Source of the DNA: Lentzea pudingi
Lineage (GTDB): Bacteria; Actinomycetota; Actinomycetes; Mycobacteriales; Pseudonocardiaceae
Direction of reading: 5' to 3'
Assembly: GCF_014646255.1 (NCBI RefSeq)
Contig: NZ_BMNC01000001.1
Location: 343,366 to 375,365, forward strand
Length of the DNA stretch: 32,000 bases
Part shown: piece by piece, positions 25,089-31,410 of the stretch
Layout: each line of letters opens with the position of its first letter
Numbering within the stretch: the stretch's first letter is position 1
Notes under the pieces: model-generated
What the model was told of the DNA's origin: nothing
Database searches by the model: none
The model's input: the letters and a program-made list of their open reading frames with translations, nothing else
Made by a program: the position numbers and the translations under genes

Positions 25089-25380
25089 GTGCGGGACATC
25101 GCCGAACTGACCGATGTGGACGATCCGGGCTGGCCCGCCGTGCTGGACGCCGTTCGTGAAGGGCAGACCTCGTGCGAGGTGCTGCCGGCGGATCCTGAGG
25201 CGTGCCGGGCGACGTTGCTGCAGCTGCAGGTGACCGCGCGGTCGTTGCTCGGCGCCGTCGTGCTCAACAGCGGTGGTCTGGTGCTGCACCACGGCTGGCT
25301 GCGGGTGTACGGCGGGTCAGGCGGTGCCGATGCCGCAGCTGGTCGCGTTCCACGCGGACACGGCCCGGCAGCTCGGCTGA
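25089..25380 (+). pseudogene. DUF2625 family gene relic (internal deletion plus frame change)
   Basis: The N-terminal ~78 aa (VDDPGWPAVL...LLQLQVTARSLLGAVVLNSGGLVLHHGWLRVYGG) look like DUF2625, which by my recollection is normally about 220 aa. After about 25320 the +1 frame reads AVPMPQLVAFHADTARQLG and stops at 25378-25380. The annotated frame instead runs on into the convergent gene. Confidence 0.6.
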
Positions 25381-26253
25381 TCACTCGTTCGACACCCCGA
25401 ACGGGACGTGCACGCACGGCACCGTCGAGATCAGGTGCCCGCGCTGGTCGTCGAAGAAGATGTGCGGCTTGAGCACGTCCAGGATCGGCGCCTTCTTCAG
25501 ACCTCCCAAGAAGAACGCGTCGTTCACCGTCAGCCCCCAGGCTTTGAGGCTGTTGATCGCGCGCTCGTGGGCGGGGGCGGAGCGCGCGGTCACCACCGAG
25601 ACCCGGATGCGGTCCTCGGCCTGGCGCTGGATCCGGTTCACGCCCGCGAGGAAGTTCCGCAGCGGCCCGGGATCCAGCGGTGTGACGACGTTCGTGGCCT
25701 CGTGCCGCTGGAACTGGTCGAGGCCGCCGCTCTGGTAGATCCGCTCGGACGCGTCGTCGGCGAGGACACCGTCGAAGTCGAACGCGATCCGCAGCGCCGG
25801 GTCGTCGTCGTCCTGGAACGACGACTTGAGGACCTGGCCCGCGGGCATACCCGCGTTCGTGGCCTTGCGGACGTCCTTTTCGTTGGCGGACAGGAACAGT
25901 GACATGTTCAGCGCCGGCATGTACTCGTGCGGGGCGCGGCCCTCGGTGAAGATCGCGCGGGTGATCGTGAGGCCGTGGTGGGCGGCGGATCGCAGGATGC
26001 GCAGGCCGGTGTCGGGGGAGTTGCGCGACAGCACGATCACCTCGACCAGCGGTGCGAGGTCGTTGAGCTGCAGCAGGCGGCGGATGAACGGGAACGCGAC
26101 ACCCGCGGCGAACGGTTCGGCGAGGTGTGCCTCTTGGTAGGCGCGGTAGGCCTGTTCGCCCTCCGTCGCGAAGACGGCGTCGGACTGCGCCAGGTCGAAC
26201 AGAGCGCTCGACGCGACGCCTACGACCAGCAGGTTCTCCAGGCTGGGAGCCAC
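25381..26253 (-). CDS. 5'-nucleotidase family protein (cN-IA-like, HAD-type)
   Basis: 290 aa. IAFDFDGVLADD (DxDx nucleophile motif), VVTARSAPAHERA and HIFFDDQ. GTG start at 26253. Confidence 0.75.
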   Translation of the reverse strand: MAPSLENLLVVGVASSALFDLAQSDAVFATEGEQAYRAYQEAHLAEPFAAGVAFPFIRRLLQLNDLAPLVEVIVLSRNSPDTGLRILRSAAHHGLTITRAIFTEGRAPHEYMPALNMSLFLSANEKDVRKATNAGMPAGQVLKSSFQDDDDPALRIAFDFDGVLADDASERIYQSGGLDQFQRHEATNVVTPLDPGPLRNFLAGVNRIQRQAEDRIRVSVVTARSAPAHERAINSLKAWGLTVNDAFFLGGLKKAPILDVLKPHIFFDDQRGHLISTVPCVHVPFGVSNE

Positions 26254-26288
26254 ATCACGTGATCGTAGCCGCCCCGTTTCCGCTTTTC

Positions 26289-26304
26289 TGGTACGGTCGT
26301 ACCA
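26289..26304. promoter_or_regulatory. 16-bp palindrome abutting the SMR start codon (candidate operator)
   Basis: TGGTACG-GT-CGTACCA has perfect 7-bp arms and ends 1 nt before the ATG at 26305. It contains a TANNNT hexamer (TACGGT) about 7 nt upstream of the ATG and leaves no room for a Shine-Dalgarno. Confidence 0.45.
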
Positions 26305-26619
26305 ATGTACTGGGTTGTGCTGGTGGCGTCAGGGGTGCTGGAGGCCGTATGGGCCACGGCGCTCGCGGCGTCCAACGGTTTTCGCCGGCCGTGGCCGGTG
26401 GTGGTGTGGGCCGTGACCATGGCGTTGAGCCTCGTCGGGCTCGCGTGGGCGATGCGGGGGATCCCGGTCGGCACGGCGTACGCGGTGTGGGTCGGCGTGG
26501 GAGCCGTGCTCACGGTGCTCGTCGCGGTGCTGCGCGGTGAGGAGAAGCTCGGGGTGGCCAAGGCGTTGCTGCTCGTCGCGTTGATCGGCTGCGTCGCGGG
26601 CCTGAAGGTGGTGAGCTGA
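26305..26619 (+). CDS. SMR family transporter subunit (SugE/Gdx-like), 104 aa
   Basis: Membrane-embedded Glu in VLEAVWATAL, plus IPVGTAYAVWVGVGAVLT. Four TM helices. The stop overlaps the next start (ATGA). Confidence 0.88.
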   Translation: MYWVVLVASGVLEAVWATALAASNGFRRPWPVVVWAVTMALSLVGLAWAMRGIPVGTAYAVWVGVGAVLTVLVAVLRGEEKLGVAKALLLVALIGCVAGLKVVS

Positions 26620-27026
26620 TGTACTGGGCCGTGTTGCTGGCGAGCGCCGTGCTCGAGGCGGTGTGGGCGACGGCGTTGTCCCAGGAGGCCTATGTGCTCT
26701 TCGCGGTCGCCACGACGCTGAGCATGGCCGGGCTTTCCTTTGTCATGAAACGGATTCCGGTCGGCACCGCGTACGCGGTGTGGGTCGGCATCGGCGCCGC
26801 CCTGACCGTGGCGTGGGCGATGATCACCGGCGAGGAGACGGTCTCCGTGTGGAAGATCGTGTTCCTCACCGGGATCATCGCCTGCGTCATCGGCCTGAAG
26901 TTCCTGAAGTCAGGAGGGTCAGGCGTTGATGGTCCACCGCTGGTTGGCGGTTCCGGCGCAGTCCCAGAGCTGGAGCCTGGTGCCGTCGGCGGAGCTGTTC
27001 CCGGTGGCGTCGAGACACCTTCCTGA
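26619..27026 (+). CDS. SMR family transporter subunit, paired partner, with an unusual ~33-aa C-terminal extension
   Basis: VLEAVWATAL and IPVGTAYAVWVGIGAALT. The SMR core ends near GLKFLKS (about 26915), but the first in-frame stop is at 27024-27026. Confidence 0.75.
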   Translation: MYWAVLLASAVLEAVWATALSQEAYVLFAVATTLSMAGLSFVMKRIPVGTAYAVWVGIGAALTVAWAMITGEETVSVWKIVFLTGIIACVIGLKFLKSGGSGVDGPPLVGGSGAVPELEPGAVGGAVPGGVETPS

Positions 27027-28256
27027 CGCCGTGTTGCGCAGCTGGCCGTTGGCCTCGGCGGTCCACTGCTGGTTGCCGGAGCCGGTGCAGTCCCAAAGCT
27101 GCGTCACGGCGCCGTTCGCGGTGCCGGACGCGTCGAGGCACTTGCCCAAGGCGCGCAACGTGCTTCCGTTGCGCGTCCACTGCTGGGCGTTCGTGCCGTT
27201 GCACGAGTAGAGCTGCACGGCGGTGCCGTTGGCGGAGTTCGCCGCGGCCACGTCCACGCACTTGCCGCCGAAACCGGTGATGGTGCCGCCGGTGGGAGGC
27301 TGGGGGTTGCCGTTGCCGGCGGTCTCCCAGATGGCGTTGAGCAGGCTGGTGCTGCCGGTCGTGTCCTGGGAGAGCTCCCAGTTCATGATGCCGCCCGCGT
27401 TGGCCAGCGCCCACTGCGTCTTGCGACGGATCGTCGGCAAGCCGTTGTAGGAGTTGCCGTTGTAGCTGTCGCGGTTGGCGTTGGCCGGGTCCTGCGCGAC
27501 GAGGTCGCGGTAGGAGATGTAGGTCGGCCGGCTGTAGAACGGCACACCGAGAACGGCCTTGCTCGCCGGCAGTCCGCGGTTCTTCCACAAGTTGACGGAA
27601 GCGATCGACCAGTCGTAGTTCGCGTGCGGGCTGCCGCCGTCGTAGGCCATGATGTTCAGCCAGTCGACGATGCCGAAGACCGCGGGCTGCACGCCGTTCG
27701 CCGTGCCGCCCTCGCTCACGACCGCGGCCGTGAGCAGCTTGCCGCGGCTGTGCAGCTGGTCGCCCAGCTGACGCATCAGCAGCGTGTAGTTGTCACCCTC
27801 GACGCCCGGATCCGGGTACTCCCAGTCCATGTCGACGCCGTCGAGGTTGTACTGGCTGACCAGGTTGATCAGCGCGTTGACGAACGTCGTGCGGCCGTTG
27901 GCGCTGGCCGCGAGGATCTCGAAGTTGTCGTCGTTGCCGTCGTTCCAGCCACCGACGGCGATCGAGACCTTGACACCGTTCTGGTGGCCGAGGCTCACCA
28001 GCTGCTGCAGCTTGCCGGGGTCGGGCACGCCCTGGAGCGTGCCGTTGGAGTTCGGCAGCACGAACGAGTAGTTGATGTGCGTCAGCTTGTTGTACGGAAG
28101 CGTGCTGACGTTGCCGGCCCACGACGGCATGTAGCCGACGCTCTTGAACCCGGCGGGGTAGGCGGCCTGCGCGGCAGGCGCCATGACTGTCAATGTCGCC
28201 GCGGCGGCGGCCAGCGCGAGGCCGGCGGCACCGAGGCGTGAGCGGAATGAACGCAT
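26919..28256 (-). CDS. Secreted GH18 chitinase with C-terminal ricin-B lectin (CBM13) domain
   Basis: Signal peptide ending AAQA. GH18 catalytic motif DGVDMDWEYP. C-terminal beta-trefoil with three QxW repeats (AQQWT, NQQWT, NQRWT). Confidence 0.92.
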   Translation of the reverse strand: MRSFRSRLGAAGLALAAAAATLTVMAPAAQAAYPAGFKSVGYMPSWAGNVSTLPYNKLTHINYSFVLPNSNGTLQGVPDPGKLQQLVSLGHQNGVKVSIAVGGWNDGNDDNFEILAASANGRTTFVNALINLVSQYNLDGVDMDWEYPDPGVEGDNYTLLMRQLGDQLHSRGKLLTAAVVSEGGTANGVQPAVFGIVDWLNIMAYDGGSPHANYDWSIASVNLWKNRGLPASKAVLGVPFYSRPTYISYRDLVAQDPANANRDSYNGNSYNGLPTIRRKTQWALANAGGIMNWELSQDTTGSTSLLNAIWETAGNGNPQPPTGGTITGFGGKCVDVAAANSANGTAVQLYSCNGTNAQQWTRNGSTLRALGKCLDASGTANGAVTQLWDCTGSGNQQWTAEANGQLRNTASGRCLDATGNSSADGTRLQLWDCAGTANQRWTINA

Positions 28257-28300
28257 TGCAGGGGAGGCCTTCCACTTCGTCGAGCGCCCACCGCGACGTT

Positions 28301-28316
28301 AGTGGTCTAGACCGGT
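28301..28316. promoter_or_regulatory. DasR-responsive element (dre) upstream of the chitinase gene
   Basis: AGTGGTCTAGACCGGT matches the dre consensus A(G/C)TGGTCTAGACCA(G/C)T at 15 of 16 positions. It lies 45-60 nt upstream of the chitinase ATG (28256). Confidence 0.75.
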
Positions 28317-28333
28317 TGCGGGAAGATCAACTC

Positions 28334-28357
28334 GGTACCGGAACTGGTTCCGGTACC
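28334..28357. repeat. 24-bp perfect palindrome between the SDR stop and the chitinase promoter (terminator or operator)
   Basis: GGTACCGGAAC-TG-GTTCCGGTACC, followed by a further GGTTCC. On the minus strand it begins 13 nt after the SDR stop codon. Confidence 0.5.
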
Positions 28358-28369
28358 GGTTCCATGCGA

Positions 28370-29107
28370 TCACCGGAGGTGCGAGGCACCGTTCACGTCG
28401 ATGATGGTGCCACTCGCCCACAGCGCGTTCTCCGTGGTCAGCCACGCGACGGCCGCAGCGACCTCCTCGGGTTCGGCGACGCGGCCGAACGGGCTCTGCG
28501 CCCGGATCAGCTCCCCTTCCGGGCTCGCGAGGAGGTCCGTGACCATGCCGGTCCTGACGAATCCGGGTGCGACGCCCGCGACCGCGATGCCCTGCGGCGC
28601 CAACGACTGGGCGAGCGACTGCGTCATCGCGTGCAGCCCCGCCTTCGCCGCCCCGTACGCGGGGGCATCGGGCTCACCCCGGTAGGCACCCCGCGAGCCG
28701 ACGTTGATGATGCGGCCACCGGTGGTCATGTGCCGGACCGCGTGCCAGGCGAGGTCGGCCGGGCCGAACAGGTTGAGCTCGACGGTGCGGCGCCAGGCCT
28801 GCTGCCACTCCTCGAAGCTCGTCGTGGTGATGGGGTGGTGGAAGTAGACACCCGCGTTGTTGACGAGGACGTCGAGGCCGCCGAGCTTCTCGACGGCCTC
28901 GCTCACGACCTGTCCGGCCTGGTCCGCGCCGAGGTCGCCCTGGACGGTGACGTGCCCAGTGCCCGGCAGCGCTGTCGTGACCGCCCGGGCCTCCTCCTCG
29001 CCGGAGCGGTAGTGGACGGCCACCTGGTGCCCTTGCTGGGCAAGCGCGTGGGCGATGGCGGCACCGATGCCGCGGGATGCTCCGGTGACGAGCGCGCGTC
29101 GAGTCAT
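28370..29107 (-). CDS. SDR family oxidoreductase (FabG-like)
   Basis: TGASRGIG cofactor motif, NNAG, and catalytic YGAAK. 245 aa. The start is 7 nt after the kinase stop. Confidence 0.9.
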   Translation of the reverse strand: MTRRALVTGASRGIGAAIAHALAQQGHQVAVHYRSGEEEARAVTTALPGTGHVTVQGDLGADQAGQVVSEAVEKLGGLDVLVNNAGVYFHHPITTTSFEEWQQAWRRTVELNLFGPADLAWHAVRHMTTGGRIINVGSRGAYRGEPDAPAYGAAKAGLHAMTQSLAQSLAPQGIAVAGVAPGFVRTGMVTDLLASPEGELIRAQSPFGRVAEPEEVAAAVAWLTTENALWASGTIIDVNGASHLR

Positions 29108-29114
29108 GCCCCGA

Positions 29115-31313
29115 TCATGCCTGGTTGTCGATCATCCACTTCCCGTTCTGCTGCACGAACGTGTACGTGTGCGTCTCGGTGTCGGTGACGGCCCCACCCT
29201 GCATGTACTGCAGCGTCACGGTCACCACGTTGTCGCCCTGCGGCACGAAGTTCGACAGCTGCACCGCCGTGTAATTGCTCCAGAACGTCTGGTAGTTCTG
29301 GAAGCTCGGCGTGCGAACGGACTTGAACCTGTCCGTGAGCGACGCGTAGCCCGCCTCCAGGTTGCCGGGGATCAGCGCGTAGTAGGCGGTGATGGCCTCC
29401 TGCGCGTTCTTCGGGCCGGCGGGAGGCTGCGGGGTCTCGCTCGGGGTGCTCGCGGGAGGCGTGGTCTCGCTGGTGGCGGGCGGCTGCGTCTGGCTGTTCC
29501 CCGGCTGCTGGGGCTGCGTCTGGCCCGTCGTCTGACCGGTGCTCTGGTTCGGCGTGCCGGTGGAGGACTGGCTGTTCGTGCCGGGCGTCTGGGCGTTCTG
29601 GTTGCCGCCGTCGCCCTTGGGCCACAACAGGAACGAGCCGACGCCCACGGCGATCACGAGCAGCACGATCGCGATGGGGACCAGCGGGAACTTGCGGCGG
29701 TTCTCGCCGGACTCCGCTGGGGGTACTGGTGGGGTGCTGGTAGGGGGTACAGCCGCCGGTGCGCCGGAGGCTGCGACGCCCGCGCCTCCCGCTGTGAAGG
29801 TCTGGCGCGCTGGGGTGGTGGGGAGCGCTGCCGTGCCGCCTGTTGCTGGGGCCTGGCGGGTTCGGGGTTCCGGGGTCGCGGGCGGGGTGGCTTGCTGCGC
29901 CTGCGGTGAACCGGAGGCCGCGCTTCCGGCTGCGGCACCGGCGGCCACCGGGGCACCGGCGCTCGCCGCGGACCCGGTGCCAGCGGTGGATCCAGTGCCT
30001 GCGGGGGTTTCGGTGCCGCCCGCTGATCCGGCGCCTGCTGCGGTTCCAGCGCTCGCCGTGGTCCCCGCGGCCGCTGAGCCCTCGGCGCTCGCCGCTGCCC
30101 CTTGCCCCGCTTCGGCCCCGGTGCTTTCCGCAGCCCCGGAATCTTTCGCGGACCCGGCGTCTGCCGTGGTCCCAGCACCTGCCGCCGATCCCGCGTCTGC
30201 GGCCACGGCACCCTCGGCGCCTGCCGCCGACCCCCGGCTCGCCTCGGCCTCGGCCTCGGCACCCTCCGCCGCACCTTCCGCGCCCTCAACGGGCGCCTCC
30301 GGCGTGACGACGGGCTTCGTGGCCGGCTTCGCGGGCGGAGCCGTCAGGCCCGCTGCCTCCGCAGCCGCGGCGCCCGCGACCAACCCTGCCGCGGCAGCCG
30401 CTGCCTCCTGCCTCGCCTTCTCCTCCGGCTGGGCCTCCACCGGGAGCTTGACCGTCGCCGGGATGATGACGGTCGCCTCGGAGACCTGCGGCGTCTCGTT
30501 AACGACGGCGGCCAGCAGGTGCACGGCCTCCTGCATGCTCGGGCGGCGCTTCGGGTCCGTCGCGAGCAGCCGGAACAGCACGGGGGACAGCAGGGGGCCC
30601 GCGTTCGCCGGCGGCATGATCGAGCCGCTGGCGACGCGGTGCAGCATCACGAGGTTGTTGTCCGCGGTGCCGAAGGGCGGGCCGCCCTCGACGGCGTTGT
30701 AGAGCGTGGCGCCCAGCGAGAAGACGTCCGAGGGCAGGCCCGCGTCCTCGCCGCGGGCGACCTCGGGGGAGAAGAACGCGGGGGTGCCGACGGTGCCCGT
30801 CGCGGTGGCGGTGGCGTCCTCGCCGGTGGCGCGGGATATGCCGAAGTCGGTGATCTTGACTTCCTGGTCGCCGATCAGGACGTTGCCGGGCTTCACGTCG
30901 CGGTGCTGGATGCCGTGGCGGTGCGCGGCGGCCAGGGCGGCGGCGGTGTAGCACCCGATGCGGGCCACCTCGCGGGGTGGCAGGGTGCCCTGCTCGGCGA
31001 TCACGGCGGCGAGGCTGCGGGAGGGGAGGTACTCCATGATCAGCCAGGGGCGGCCGTCCTCCTCCACGACGTCGTAGACGCGGATGGCGTTCGGGTGCTC
31101 CAGCCGGGCGGCGAGGCGGGCCTCGCGCATCGCCCTGGCCTTCGCGCGGTCCACCCTGGCGTCGTCGAGACCGTCCAGCCCGAGCAACTCCTTCGCCGCG
31201 ACCACGCGGTGCAGTTGCTCGTCATAGGCCTGCCAGACGACTCCCATCGCCCCTTGGCCGACCTTCTGCTTCAACTGGTAGCGGCTTCCGATGAGCCGGC
31301 TGGTCTCCTCCAC
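29115..31313 (-). CDS. Transmembrane Ser/Thr protein kinase with a long low-complexity linker and a small extracellular domain
   Basis: Hanks kinase motifs GQGAMGVV, VAAKEL, HRDVKPGN, DFG and GTPAFFSPE. Roughly 250-aa Ala/Gly/Ser/Thr/Glu-rich linker. TM helix FPLVPIAIVLLVIAVGVGSFLLW (about 29622-29690). Gln/Thr/Pro-rich stalk, then a ~100-aa NTF2/SnoaL-like C-terminal domain. GTG start at 31313. Confidence 0.9.
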   Translation of the reverse strand: MEETSRLIGSRYQLKQKVGQGAMGVVWQAYDEQLHRVVAAKELLGLDGLDDARVDRAKARAMREARLAARLEHPNAIRVYDVVEEDGRPWLIMEYLPSRSLAAVIAEQGTLPPREVARIGCYTAAALAAAHRHGIQHRDVKPGNVLIGDQEVKITDFGISRATGEDATATATGTVGTPAFFSPEVARGEDAGLPSDVFSLGATLYNAVEGGPPFGTADNNLVMLHRVASGSIMPPANAGPLLSPVLFRLLATDPKRRPSMQEAVHLLAAVVNETPQVSEATVIIPATVKLPVEAQPEEKARQEAAAAAAGLVAGAAAAEAAGLTAPPAKPATKPVVTPEAPVEGAEGAAEGAEAEAEASRGSAAGAEGAVAADAGSAAGAGTTADAGSAKDSGAAESTGAEAGQGAAASAEGSAAAGTTASAGTAAGAGSAGGTETPAGTGSTAGTGSAASAGAPVAAGAAAGSAASGSPQAQQATPPATPEPRTRQAPATGGTAALPTTPARQTFTAGGAGVAASGAPAAVPPTSTPPVPPAESGENRRKFPLVPIAIVLLVIAVGVGSFLLWPKGDGGNQNAQTPGTNSQSSTGTPNQSTGQTTGQTQPQQPGNSQTQPPATSETTPPASTPSETPQPPAGPKNAQEAITAYYALIPGNLEAGYASLTDRFKSVRTPSFQNYQTFWSNYTAVQLSNFVPQGDNVVTVTLQYMQGGAVTDTETHTYTFVQQNGKWMIDNQA

Positions 31314-31371
31314 GCGGGTGCTCCCGTCCCCTCTGAATCACTCACAAGTGTGACGGTTGCCGCGTTCGCCG

Positions 31372-31410
31372 TTGACCATAACCCCATATGGGGGTATTAA
31401 TGGGGTTATG
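31372..31410 (+). promoter_or_regulatory. Sigma70-type promoter for a probably leaderless mRNA, overlaid by three 10-bp repeats (candidate operator)
   Basis: TTGACC (31372-77), a 17-bp spacer, TATTAA (31395-400), then 7 nt to the ATG at 31408. Repeats: ATAACCCCAT (31378-87, inverted), ATGGGGGTAT (31388-97) and ATGGGGTTAT (31400-09). The first repeat is the exact reverse complement of the third. Confidence 0.65.

Noticed and set aside
26254-26304. A guanidine-I, -II or -III riboswitch in front of the SugE/Gdx-like SMR pair.
   Set aside because: The intergenic region is only 51 bp and lacks the ACGR/GGGA loops of mini-ykkC and the ACCCGG/GGAC pseudoknot core of ykkC-III.
30241-30258. (GCCTCG)x3 microsatellite as a possible phase-variation switch.
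   Set aside because: There are only three in-frame hexamer units, encoding AEAEAE inside a low-complexity linker. Slippage would preserve the frame, so this is not an on/off switch.
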